From assembly GCA_965208675.1 (NCBI GenBank), contig OZ242351.1, forward strand, positions 3,744,001-3,808,000: a stretch of DNA of 64,000 nucleotides. The letters are read 5' to 3'. The position numbers were made by a program, and so were the translations under genes. Positions 41,854 through 51,181 of the stretch are shown one piece after another (positions within the stretch are counted from its first letter, which is position 1; each line of letters starts with the position of its first letter). The notes beneath the pieces were generated by a model. The model saw only the letters and a program-made list of their open reading frames with translations. It was not told where the DNA came from and made no database searches. This DNA is from Candidatus Poribacteria bacterium. Lineage in GTDB: Bacteria; Poribacteria; WGA-4E; PCPOR2b.

Positions 41854-43947
41854 ATGGCGGACACAAAGATTCTAATGCTTGCCAATAGAGACGCTCTTGA
41901 CCTCGAAATTGAGAATCGATTAAAAAATCTTGGATACACCGTTTGCACGTCGGCTTCATCTGGAACACAAACCATTGAAGAGATATCGAAAATGCAGCCC
42001 GATTTAGTCATGGTCAAACTTGGACTCGAAGGTGCTATGGCTGCCGTCGAAGATGCCGAGCAAATGTACTACCAGTTCAATATCCCGGTAATATTTCTGA
42101 TTGACTCAATAGCCGAAAATGCATTGGAAAAAATAAAGCGGACAGGTGTATTTGGTCATGTCTTCCATCCGTTCGACGGTAATCAATTATACTTGAGCGT
42201 AGAACAGCAACTCCGCTGGCATCGCGATACCACCAAATATAAAATGAACGAGGCGCAATCAAATAAAACTATTGGTGAGTTGCGCCATCAAACCCAACTG
42301 ATGGAAACCGTTTTTGATAGTATGTATGACGGTATCGTCGTTCTCAGTTTAACAGGTGAAATATTGTTCATTAATCCAAGTATACGACAACTGTTCGGTA
42401 CGGTGCCCTTGGGCGAATTACGCAGCGAATGGTCTGAAAGGCACGGTGTGTTTTACCCCGATAAAGAAACCCGCCTTCCAATCGATCAGATTCTTTCCAC
42501 ACATCTCGCCCGAGGTGTAGCAATTAGAGATGAAGAGCTTTTCATACGCAACGAGCAACGGACGGAGGGAGTCCACATCAAGGCGAGTGCCAGCCCCTTA
42601 TTTGATGAGAATCACAATGTTGTCGCCTGTGTGTGCGTTATTCGCGACATCACTAAGGACAAATTAGCAACCATACAGTTGGAACAAACGATGCAGGAAC
42701 TGGAAAATCAGGTTCAACTGACGAATACCATTTTTAATAGTATGGGGGATGGCGTAATCGCTGCCGATACAAGCGGCGCATTCACAATTTTTAATCCCAG
42801 TGCAAAAAAGATTCTCGGCATCGGATTAATAGATACAACCCCTGATAAATGGAGCGAGAGCTACGGTTTCTTTTTCCCTGATAGAGTTACACCCTTCCCG
42901 GCAGACGAACTGCCGCTTGCGTGTGCCCTTAAGGGAAGAGCCTCAGACGAGGTAGAGATGTTTGTGCGCAATCCGGAAGTGCCGGACGGTGTTTTTATCA
43001 GCGTCAGTGGAAGGCCGCTGCAGGACGAAGACAGTACAAAAAAGGGAGGGGTTATAGTTTTCCGCGATGTAACGCACCGGGTGATTGCCGAAGAAGCGTT
43101 GACACAAGCATTCGCACAAGGGCGGTTGGAAATTGTCGAGACCATCCTCCACAATATCGGTAACGCAATCAATAGCGTAACCGTAGGAGTTAACGTCCTC
43201 CAAGAGAATTTGGTGGGAAATCAACTCGTACGCCGCTTCTCGTCACTTGCCGATATGGTTAAAGCGCATCAAGAGGATTGGGTTAATTATATTAAAGATG
43301 ACCCGAAAGGACAGCAGGTGCTCCCATTTATAATTGCACTGGCTGCAGATATCGCCGACCAGAACAATAAAGTGGTCGAGACACTTGAGCGCGTCAGTGA
43401 AAGAGTGACGCATATCGTTGATATCATCCGAACGCAAAGAGCGTCCAATCAGACAAGTATGACCTGGAAAAATATCGACTTGCGGCAAACAATCTTGAGT
43501 ACGGTAAAATTACATCAAGAAGCGATCGACAAAAGGGGCATACATATAGATGTCAACTGCGAAAGCGCGCCCCAAGAGATTCGAGTTCAGGAGAGTCAAT
43601 TTCATCAGATGTTAGTGAATCTAGTCAAAAATTCAATTGAAGCTATTGATGAACGTATTCAATCTGGCGGACTCAAGCAACCCCTGCGTATCGCGTTAAA
43701 GGCTTATATCAGCGACGATTTTCTCTGCCTGGATGTTACCGATAACGGCATCGGTATTACACAAAAGAACTTGAAGTTGATTTTCACCGCTGGCTACACA
43801 ACCAAGCAATCCGGCACCGGGCTAGGCCTCTTTTCGAGCGCAAATTTTGTGATTGGATCCGGCGGGCAAATTTACGCCTTGAGCGAGGGTATCGGCACGG
43901 GCACAACCATGCGAATCAAGCTCCGCTGCTCCTCCGTTATTCCGTAA
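41854..43947 (+). CDS. Cytoplasmic sensor histidine kinase (degenerate REC-PAS-PAS-kinase)
   Basis: H box ILHNIGNAINS, N box NLVKNSIEA, DNGIGI, YTTK and GTGLGL; two PAS domains ending in RDIT/RDVT. Confidence 0.9.
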   Translation: MADTKILMLANRDALDLEIENRLKNLGYTVCTSASSGTQTIEEISKMQPDLVMVKLGLEGAMAAVEDAEQMYYQFNIPVIFLIDSIAENALEKIKRTGVFGHVFHPFDGNQLYLSVEQQLRWHRDTTKYKMNEAQSNKTIGELRHQTQLMETVFDSMYDGIVVLSLTGEILFINPSIRQLFGTVPLGELRSEWSERHGVFYPDKETRLPIDQILSTHLARGVAIRDEELFIRNEQRTEGVHIKASASPLFDENHNVVACVCVIRDITKDKLATIQLEQTMQELENQVQLTNTIFNSMGDGVIAADTSGAFTIFNPSAKKILGIGLIDTTPDKWSESYGFFFPDRVTPFPADELPLACALKGRASDEVEMFVRNPEVPDGVFISVSGRPLQDEDSTKKGGVIVFRDVTHRVIAEEALTQAFAQGRLEIVETILHNIGNAINSVTVGVNVLQENLVGNQLVRRFSSLADMVKAHQEDWVNYIKDDPKGQQVLPFIIALAADIADQNNKVVETLERVSERVTHIVDIIRTQRASNQTSMTWKNIDLRQTILSTVKLHQEAIDKRGIHIDVNCESAPQEIRVQESQFHQMLVNLVKNSIEAIDERIQSGGLKQPLRIALKAYISDDFLCLDVTDNGIGITQKNLKLIFTAGYTTKQSGTGLGLFSSANFVIGSGGQIYALSEGIGTGTTMRIKLRCSSVIP

Positions 43948-44236
43948 TGAAACATCTCCCCCATTCGATAGGCGCGGTTTCCACTCGCACCGAATGCAAC
44001 CAATTATTTTCAGCAGTCAAAACCATGAAAGAATGGCTCACAGCAGGCCTCACCGACCGTACCTTACACAAATCTTAACCGTTTACGCATTACGCTTTAC
44101 TCGTTATTCTTTACCGTAGTTGCGATCAAGCGAGTGGATAGCGAGCGCGATAGAGATCCTCTTTCCTAACCTCGCCGATTCGAAGAATAAACGCAATTTT
44201 AAAATCAACCATAAATTAAACTACTAGGAAATATAA

Positions 44237-46126
44237 ATGGAATCAAAAGAGCATCGTAATTATCGTGTCTTAATCGTTGATGACGAAACCGCAATCCACA
44301 GAGACTTTAAAGATATGTTGACCCCAACCCGCACACAGACGTTAACAGATGAGTTGGTAGAAACCCTCCTAGACGAGGAGCCTGAGAATAATACCTCCTT
44401 TCTGCCCAACTTTGAACTTTTGCATGCGACAAGTGGAGAGGAGGGGTACGATATTATTCGCGCGGGAAAGGAATCAAACTGTCCGATTGCGGTCGCATAC
44501 ATTGATGTCAGAATGCCCCCGGGCATTGACGGGGTTGAAGCAATCCGCCGCATCAGGGAGATTGAAAAGGACATCGAACTGGTCATAATGACTGCTTACA
44601 CGGATAAACCGCTGCCTGAAATTGTCCGCGATATGGAGTTTCTTCACAAACTACTCTATATCCGAAAACCATTCGCACCGGAGGAGGTGCAGCAAATTAC
44701 GCTTGCCCTCGTCGAAAAGTGGAACATCGAACGTGAGTTAGCCAAAAAACAACAGCAAATCATAAGGAATCATCAGAGGCTTGAAACCATACTTGATTCT
44801 GCGGCTGATGCGATTGGAATGTTCGATGGCGACGGAAACCTGTTGTTCGCAAATCAACTCTATCAGCAACTGCTTGGATTTACAGGGGAACAGCTGAGAC
44901 AAATGCCCCCGGACGAGCTCAATACAGTTATTGAAGCGCGATTCCAAACGCCCGAACTATCGCAACTAGGACAGGCGCCGCCCGCTGAAAACCTTGAAAA
45001 CGTATTCGAAGAGATTGGAGAAGCCAGCCAGTCTGGGCAGAGGTTATTTTATCGCTCGATTACACCGGTACGGAACGATCAAGGCGATTCTGCTGGAGAC
45101 GTTGTCAGTTACCGCGATATGTCCAAAGACGTTGAGATTCAACAGATGAAATCTGAGGTGCTCCGTTTACGTGCTGAACTTGAAACCATTCTCTCCTTTG
45201 ATGAAATCATAGGCAAAAGCCGAAACATGCAGCAGATGTTCGAGTTGATGCAACGTGCAACTGAAAGTGATATTAGCGTGCTTATTTCAGGCGAAAGTGG
45301 AACTGGCAAAGAGTTGGCGGCGCGTGCAATCCACTTCAATAGCCCGCGAAAAGCGGGCCCATTTGTTTCAGTCAATTGCGCCGCCATTCCTGAATTGCTA
45401 ACTGAAAGCGAGCTATTTGGTCATGAACAAGGGGCTTTCACCGGTGCTACAACAAGGCGTATCGGCAAATTTGAACATGCAAATAGTGGTACAATCTTTT
45501 TTGATGAAATTGGAGATATGCATCTGGAGCTGCAAGCGAAATTGTTGCGTGTCCTCCAAGAACGGAAGATACAGCGTGTCGGCGGTGCAACCAATATCCC
45601 GGTTGATATCCGTGTGCTAACAGCCACAAACAAGAATCTAGAAGCTGCGATAAAATCGGGCGCTTTTCGGAAGGACCTGTTTTATCGGATCGCCGCTTTC
45701 CCCATTGTAATTCCCCCGCTTAGAGACCGGCGCGAAGATATTCCACTCTTGGCGAACCATTTTCTTAAAACATTCGCCGAAAAAATGGCAAAATCCGTAA
45801 AAGCGATTTCCGCCGATGCCTTGGGATTATTGATGCAATATGATTTTCCCGGCAACGTACGCGAGTTGCAAAACATCATTGAACGCGCTGTTCTGCTTGA
45901 GACCACTGAACTGCTGCAACCGAGCAACCTATCCCCACAGATTTCTGCTCCGGCTATCTTGTCATTCCTTAGCTCAACAGAAATCCTGCCGTTCGAGTTG
46001 ATTGAACGTCAGATTCTATCCCACGCACTCAAGATGAGTGACAATGATGTTAGGAGGGCTGCCGGAGCCTTGAATATCGGCAAATCAACACTGTATCGAA
46101 AATTAAAGTTCTATCAACTCAAATGA
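44237..46126 (+). CDS. Sigma-54-dependent response regulator (REC-PAS-AAA+-Fis HTH)
   Basis: IVDDE and IDVRMP receiver motifs; GESGTGKE, GAFTGA, FDEIG, PGNVREL; HTH ALNIGKSTLYRKL. Confidence 0.95.
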   Translation: MESKEHRNYRVLIVDDETAIHRDFKDMLTPTRTQTLTDELVETLLDEEPENNTSFLPNFELLHATSGEEGYDIIRAGKESNCPIAVAYIDVRMPPGIDGVEAIRRIREIEKDIELVIMTAYTDKPLPEIVRDMEFLHKLLYIRKPFAPEEVQQITLALVEKWNIERELAKKQQQIIRNHQRLETILDSAADAIGMFDGDGNLLFANQLYQQLLGFTGEQLRQMPPDELNTVIEARFQTPELSQLGQAPPAENLENVFEEIGEASQSGQRLFYRSITPVRNDQGDSAGDVVSYRDMSKDVEIQQMKSEVLRLRAELETILSFDEIIGKSRNMQQMFELMQRATESDISVLISGESGTGKELAARAIHFNSPRKAGPFVSVNCAAIPELLTESELFGHEQGAFTGATTRRIGKFEHANSGTIFFDEIGDMHLELQAKLLRVLQERKIQRVGGATNIPVDIRVLTATNKNLEAAIKSGAFRKDLFYRIAAFPIVIPPLRDRREDIPLLANHFLKTFAEKMAKSVKAISADALGLLMQYDFPGNVRELQNIIERAVLLETTELLQPSNLSPQISAPAILSFLSSTEILPFELIERQILSHALKMSDNDVRRAAGALNIGKSTLYRKLKFYQLK

Positions 46127-46339
46127 TAAGCGCTGTTTTCAACAACGCGCATTCCCAACCACCGGTAAGTGCGATTAAGCGATTGGATAGCGAGCGCGAT
46201 AAAGAGCCCCTTCCCAACCGCACCCGACACCATACGGTAATTTCCGGCAAAAATTTACATTTTTTTATCTTGAAAACGTTTTTCCTGCAAAAAAGTTATC
46301 CATTTACTGACCTAATCCTCCCCTAAAGCCTCCTCCTCC

Positions 46340-46453
46340 GTCCCAATATGGGACACAGTCCCATATTGAGAAAACGCCCGAATCCCGCGTCATTACAGGA
46401 TTTTCCGCCGATTTCCTCTGTTTCTGTCAATCCTATCTGTCCCATTATGGGAC
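46340..46453. promoter_or_regulatory. Palindromic enhancer-like (UAS) sites GTCCCA-N3-TGGGAC
   Basis: gtcccaatatgggac (46340), degenerate gtcccatattgagaa (46358) and gtcccattatgggac (46439), ~120-235 bp upstream of a sigma-54 promoter. Confidence 0.7.
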
Positions 46454-46574
46454 TTTTTCAACCTGCACCCTGTTACGCTACCGTCCGTCTGACTCCTTCC
46501 CATACCCATCAAAGCCAAGCTACCACTGGATTTCTATGCTTCTACAGAGTTGAATCCTTCCTTAGACCGACCGT

Positions 46575-46589
46575 TGGCACGGTTTTTGC
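46575..46589 (+). promoter_or_regulatory. Sigma-54 (-24/-12) promoter
   Basis: TGGCAC-GGTTT-TTGC matches TGGCAC-N5-TTGC, directly downstream of a bEBP gene. Confidence 0.85.
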
Positions 46590-47018
46590 CGTAGTAAAGC
46601 GGAGGCAAATCGTCTTTCTCTGATCCGGTTGGTTCAACGGAATGACGAATCCAAACATTTTTCGGTTGGCGCGATCATGCGCGTGGATAACGAGTGCGAT
46701 AGAGATCCCATTCCAACCCCACCCGCGACCGGAAAAATAACGGTGCGGTTAGGAAACCGAACCTACCGCGGTGTTTAAATGATCGTTTGGTTTGCTATAG
46801 AACGAAACATGGGATAGCAGCGGCTTTGACAGTCCTGCTGCCTTGTATTTGCGGTGCCAGTTGTAATGAAAGCGTGCTCCCAAGTTGTAACCCATACACA
46901 TGATGATGGATTAGGCAATAGTGCAAATTCAAACTAATATCACGGCCGGGTGGGTATAACAGATAATAACTATCAAAACATAATCACTTAGATTAACTCG
47001 ATATGAGAAGGATTTGAA

Positions 47019-47129
47019 ATGAGTCCTTTAGCAATCGTAATCCTCGCCATGATTGTATTGCCCTTAGTAGCAATTTGCTTCATCGTGAAAAAGGCTTATA
47101 AATCGGATTCAAAGGGAAAAACCAGATGA
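47019..47129 (+). CDS. 36-aa single-TM microprotein
   Basis: SD gaagga; MSPLAIVILAMIVLPLVAICFIVKKAYKSDSKGKTR. Confidence 0.55.
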   Translation: MSPLAIVILAMIVLPLVAICFIVKKAYKSDSKGKTR

Positions 47130-47302
47130 ACATCAAGGCAGACATTGAGAACATTAAGAAAATCATCGTTGGATTAATCATCAGCAATACACATAACTTC
47201 GGCACAGCGGAAGAAGATTTAGACGACCTTCAAACAGCGGCTGCTGAATTAATAGATGACCACAATACCTGTATGGTGACAGACAGTTTTTGGGTCGCTT
47301 AG
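47126..47302 (+). CDS. 58-aa hypothetical protein, ATGA-coupled to the previous ORF
   Basis: MNIKADIENIKKIIVG...; its stop codon lies inside the first hairpin. Confidence 0.5.
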   Translation: MNIKADIENIKKIIVGLIISNTHNFGTAEEDLDDLQTAAAELIDDHNTCMVTDSFWVA

Positions 47303-47424
47303 AGTTTATCCGATTCGCTGAGCAACACAGCAGCCCTTACTGTTTGTCACCGCCAAATTGAATATGACGGGGCGCGGGGAAACTCCTATGGGACACCGAC
47401 CACCCCCGCTCTAGCCCCGTCAAC
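47273..47424 (+). ncRNA. Putative structured RNA: double-hairpin unit 1
   Basis: TGGTGACAGACAG/CTGTTTGTCACCG stem, then TGACGGGGC-GCGGGG/CCCCGC-tcta-GCCCCGTCA stem. Confidence 0.55.
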
Positions 47425-47450
47425 TCTTTTCGGCAAATGGAGGTGAAACA

Positions 47451-47540
47451 ATGTTCAATATTGGTTTTCTACTCCTTTATTTTTTCATTATCGGGTTACT
47501 TACTGGCGTTGTTACTTTCATGCTAGAGCATCTCCTCTAG
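47451..47540 (+). CDS. 29-aa hydrophobic microprotein
   Basis: Strong SD GGAGGTG; MFNIGFLLLYFFIIGLLTGVVTFMLEHLL. Confidence 0.6.
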   Translation: MFNIGFLLLYFFIIGLLTGVVTFMLEHLL

Positions 47541-47808
47541 ATTGATTTTAACGAACATCTAAACCAATACGCTCTTATGTCTGGCGCGAAAGGCGTTTTG
47601 TTACGAATATAGACCCAAAAAAAACTAAAAAATACCCAGTCTGAAAAAAGTCCCAACATATTGCCCGCAGTTCGGCATGAATACGCTTGAATTATTGAGT
47701 GGCGCACGCGGCGGGCGAAGGGGGACGTTGCACGTTTTGCGGACACGGACGCAATCATCGGGCGTGCCGCGGACGGTGAATCACAAACTGAAAGCAAGGC
47801 AAATCCTT

Positions 47809-47873
47809 ATGGCGGGAGTGGGGGGATCTAGCCAACTTGTTCCACAACTAACACTGTTCCTGCTCCCGTCGCC
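47809..47873 (+). ncRNA. Putative structured RNA hairpin of the ATG...CRCC family
   Basis: TGGCGGGAGTGGGGG pairs with TTCCTGCTCCCGTCG using several G.U pairs. Confidence 0.5.
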
Positions 47874-47898
47874 TTATTACGAACGAAGGAATTTGCCC

Positions 47899-48186
47899 AT
47901 GAGATGGATTTACATTGTCCCTTGTAACACCAACGATGACAAAATATGGTTTATCAATGCGGACAATATCAAATCGATTCGGTTAATTAAATTAGATTTA
48001 TACCTTGGAACTAGTCAAATACGATTACCTCTTGGAACGAAACCCGATGATGCCAGACACTTTTTATACACGCTCGTAAATTGCCTTTCTCATTGGCAGG
48101 ACGGGCATGTGCTTACGCTGGTTATGGAAAGCCTTAGTTGCGCGTTTGAACGAGCGGACAAAGCAATAGCCGGCGGCAAAGCTTGA
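47899..48186 (+). CDS. 95-aa hypothetical protein
   Basis: SD gaagga before the ATG at 47899 (MRWIYIVPC...). Confidence 0.6.
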   Translation: MRWIYIVPCNTNDDKIWFINADNIKSIRLIKLDLYLGTSQIRLPLGTKPDDARHFLYTLVNCLSHWQDGHVLTLVMESLSCAFERADKAIAGGKA

Positions 48187-48233
48187 TTCGGTGCTTAGAA
48201 AATTGTGAATGGCTAAGTAAGCTGAAAACCCTT

Positions 48234-48437
48234 ATGACGGGCGGCTGCGATGGTCTTAATTGGGGCTGACATACCCTTCCTTTCCCATCGCAGTAATTGC
48301 CCGTCACCTTATGGCGAGAGCCGGGCTAACCCCGGTAGTCGTCGAGTAACTGAATAGGCGTAAAGGACGCCTATTTGGGCAAGAAAAATCCTGAGTTTAG
48401 TGGTGAGTTGGGCGTCGCCGGGCGGCGTAGCTCGGGT
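48234..48437 (+). ncRNA. Putative structured RNA: family hairpin (48234-48308) plus three further stem-loops
   Basis: TGACGGGCGG/TTGCCCGTCA with CTGCGATGG/CCATCGCAG; TGGCGA-GA-GCCGGG/CCCGGT-AG-TCGTCG; AATAGGCGT/ACGCCTATT; CCTGAGTT/AGCTCGGG. Confidence 0.5.
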
Positions 48438-48480
48438 ACGTTTTCAATCATTTGATGGAGTAAAACGAAAGGAGCTAACG

Positions 48481-49066
48481 ATGAAAAAAAGGGGTTAAAG
48501 TGTTTGGAAGATAAATCTTAATGCTGTCACTAGTGATTGCCGTTTCGCTTGCTTTTCTGAGTTGCGATGCGGTTTAGGACTTGGCGGACTTGTTGTCATC
48601 GCCGCCGTCAGAACAGGCGCACGCAGCGATCGGTTCGACGAGCGTAAGCGACGTAACAGGTACGGCGGTTTTCGAACAAATCGGAGATACAATCGCGCTA
48701 ACCATTGAGATTCAGAACGCGGAACCACGGCTCCGTGCCGTTCATTTCCACGAATACGGTGATTGCAGCGCACCCGACGGGACATCGGCAGGCGGGCATT
48801 GGAATCCGACCAACACCGCGCACGGCAAATGGGGTGAGGGTGAATTCCATCTCGGAGACATTGGCAATATAATGGTCGGCGAGGACGGCACCGGCAAAAT
48901 CGAACTGGCGACAGACCTTTGGGAAATCGGAACCGGTTCCATCCGCGACGTTGTCGGAAAAGGCATAATCGTTCATGCCGGCGCGGACGACTTTACGTCC
49001 CAGCCCTCAGGGGCTGCCGGCGCGCGAATCGGCTGCGGGTCGATTGTGTTGGCTGAATCGCAGTAA
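48481..49066 (+). pseudogene. sodC: Cu/Zn superoxide dismutase lipoprotein with a disrupted N-terminus
   Basis: Metal ligands intact (HFH, GGHWNP, HG, HLGD, VH, ARIGC); the SD and ATG at 48481 are out of frame across an A-run; in-frame TAA at 48512 and TAG at 48575 flank the lipoprotein signal SLAFLSC. Confidence 0.8.
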
Positions 49067-49074
49067 TCCCTCGT

Positions 49075-49234
49075 ATGGTGACAAACAGTTTTTTTTTGCT
49101 CGTAGTGTGTACGATTTGATGAGCAATACAATCTCCTTGGTTCTGTTTGTCACCGCCTAAACTTAATATGACGGGGCGCGGGTAAATTGTCCCATGGAAA
49201 CGAAACTCCTAAGTCAATTCGTGTCCCGTCTGCC
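49075..49234 (+). ncRNA. Putative structured RNA: double-hairpin unit 2
   Basis: TGGTGACAAACAG/CTGTTTGTCACCG, then GACGGGGCGCGGGT/ATTCGTGTCCCGTC; the ~40-bp junction is nearly identical to unit 1. Confidence 0.55.
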
Positions 49235-49267
49235 CAAATTTTTAATTTCAAAACAAGGGATCTCAAA

Positions 49268-50470
49268 ATGAATATCGGAAGAATCATATTATTTTCGTTT
49301 GTATTGGCAATTGTCCTCTTAATAATGGGGCTATCTGCTTGTGACCAGATTGGGCAACTACTCCTCCCCGCGCCGCCTGATAAGGAAGATGTAAGTGTAG
49401 AGATTCCCATCGGCGTTGTGCTACCAATTACGGGACGGCTCACCTCTACATTTGGGGAACCCACGGTCAACGGCTATGAACTCGCTCTCGAAGAGATTAA
49501 CAACTCAAAACTCGGAGGGAAAAGCATCAAGTTTATCCTTGAGGATGACCGAAGCAACATTGAGGGCGCGGTTGAAGCATTCAATAAACTGATTCAACAG
49601 GAAGGCGTATCTGTTATCCTCGGCCCCGCCACCTCAGGTCAGGCAGAGGTCGTGTTCCCGATAGCGCAAGAAAATCAGGTCGTCGCGTTTAGCCCTACAT
49701 CCGCCGGACGCGGTCTCAGCGCCATTAGCGATTTTGCCTTTCGTGTCTCTCTCACCACGGATGTGCTGATTCCAAGCGGTATTGAGGCGACTTACGCTAA
49801 ACTCGGCTATAAGAAAGCCGCTACGATGTACGATGAAAGCGATGTCTTCTCCACGGATAGCGATGAAGCAGTGAGGGAATCGCTTGCCGCGAAGGGCGTC
49901 GAGGTATTGGTAACAGAGACGTTTCAAGGCGGCGACACCGATTTTAGCGAACAATTATCTCGGATAAGGGAGGCACACCCCGATATTATCTTTGTCTCCT
50001 CTTTATCGCCGGAAAAACCGGGAATTCTGATGCAAAGCCGCCAACTCGGTATACCCGACTCGGTGCCGTTTGTTATGCGCACCTTGACCATAGCTGACGT
50101 ACGTGCGGCGGGTGAGGCTGCCGAGGGGGCGATTACTTTCGTCGGGTGGGTAAGCACTGCCGACACACCGGCAAATGGCGCCTTCGTCCAGAACTATCGC
50201 GCCAAATACGGGGTGGATCCGAGTAATTCCGCAGCGCGGTCATATACCACGCTCCATGTTCTGGCGGAAGCCATTGCCAACGCCAAATCCACGGACTCAA
50301 TCTCGATTCGAAACGCATTGGCAAATATCGCGGACTTCGACACGGTCTTCGGTAAGTTCTCTTTTGACGCCGTCGGGGATGCCGTTTACGACCCAAAGAT
50401 ATTGATTGTCATTGACGGTCAATTGGAATTCTTTGAACAACCGTTTTTAGCAGCTCGGCAAAAGAGGTAG
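49268..50470 (+). CDS. LivJ-type ABC substrate-binding lipoprotein
   Basis: Lipobox LSAC; motifs IGVVLPITG, LALEEIN, ILGPATS and DTDFSEQL; SD before the ATG at 49268. Confidence 0.9.
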   Translation: MNIGRIILFSFVLAIVLLIMGLSACDQIGQLLLPAPPDKEDVSVEIPIGVVLPITGRLTSTFGEPTVNGYELALEEINNSKLGGKSIKFILEDDRSNIEGAVEAFNKLIQQEGVSVILGPATSGQAEVVFPIAQENQVVAFSPTSAGRGLSAISDFAFRVSLTTDVLIPSGIEATYAKLGYKKAATMYDESDVFSTDSDEAVRESLAAKGVEVLVTETFQGGDTDFSEQLSRIREAHPDIIFVSSLSPEKPGILMQSRQLGIPDSVPFVMRTLTIADVRAAGEAAEGAITFVGWVSTADTPANGAFVQNYRAKYGVDPSNSAARSYTTLHVLAEAIANAKSTDSISIRNALANIADFDTVFGKFSFDAVGDAVYDPKILIVIDGQLEFFEQPFLAARQKR

Positions 50471-50530
50471 TGCGTCTATCGAACCCGGTCAGCGTGTTCC
50501 GGGTGTGGTTTTTCTATCAACCAATAACTC

Positions 50531-50598
50531 ATGACAGGGCGCGGGTAAAGCACTTTACATTGCCCCAACTCTCTTGTGTCAATCCGTTCCCTGTCGCT
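50531..50598 (+). ncRNA. Putative structured RNA hairpin of the ATG...CRCC family
   Basis: TGACAGGG/CCCTGTCG (compensatory A-T replacing G-C) and GCGGGT/ATCCGT. Confidence 0.5.
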
Positions 50599-50627
50599 CA
50601 TTGTTTAAAGGAAGGAGGCATTAAAAG

Positions 50628-50819
50628 GTGTCCATGAACGGAGAAAAGGATATCACACAGTCCACCGTGATGATACGGCTGACAGAACGGCAGGAAATAA
50701 TCTTGAAAGAAGCCAAGAACGCGACCGGAGTTTCGTTTGGCTCGCTTATCCGAAAGTGTATAGACATGAATATCGAATACCTTCACCGTTTGACTATTGG
50801 GGCGAAGCAGAAGGATTGA
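50628..50819 (+). CDS. Small putative ribbon-helix-helix (CopG-like) DNA-binding protein
   Basis: Strong SD aggaaggagg; TVMIRLT strand followed by LKEAKNATGVSFGSLIRKCI. Confidence 0.6.
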   Translation: MSMNGEKDITQSTVMIRLTERQEIILKEAKNATGVSFGSLIRKCIDMNIEYLHRLTIGAKQKD

Positions 50820-50844
50820 AGCTTGCACATAGCCTGATTTTCTT

Positions 50845-50916
50845 ATGACAGGGCACGGAAAAAAGATCCAATCCTGCGGATTTGCGCCCTATCCGAGCGC
50901 TCCCGCCCCTGTCGCC
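50845..50916 (+). ncRNA. Putative structured RNA hairpin of the ATG...CRCC family
   Basis: cttATGACAGGG...CCCTGTCGCC. Confidence 0.5.
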
Positions 50917-50977
50917 TTAATTGCGCGGTGCAATTACACCGACTGACGCCGTTGCAAGCGTGATGAAAGGAGGAACA

Positions 50978-51181
50978 ATGTGCGATTCTCCTGTAAATTT
51001 CGACGACCAGACGCAAAGATTGATCGAAGAAGATAAGTTGCTAGATACTATCGCGGACGCAGCCAAACGTCTCTGCGGACGCCGTCCAACCCACCAAGAG
51101 GTTGAGGATTTCCTAAAACTTATTGAAGGCGTAAAGCCCATAAACACAAAACAAAACAAAGGAGAGTTATCAAATGATTAG
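50978..51181 (+). CDS. 67-aa hypothetical protein
   Basis: SD aaggagg before the ATG at 50978; overlaps the start of the next gene. Confidence 0.55.
   Translation: MCDSPVNFDDQTQRLIEEDKLLDTIADAAKRLCGRRPTHQEVEDFLKLIEGVKPINTKQNKGELSND

Noticed and set aside
47677-47898. N-terminal extension of the 169-aa ORF in the track
   Set aside because: It reads through hairpin sequence; an SD and ATG at 47899 give a better start. The same applies to the track starts at 49187, 50921, 25786 and 32033.
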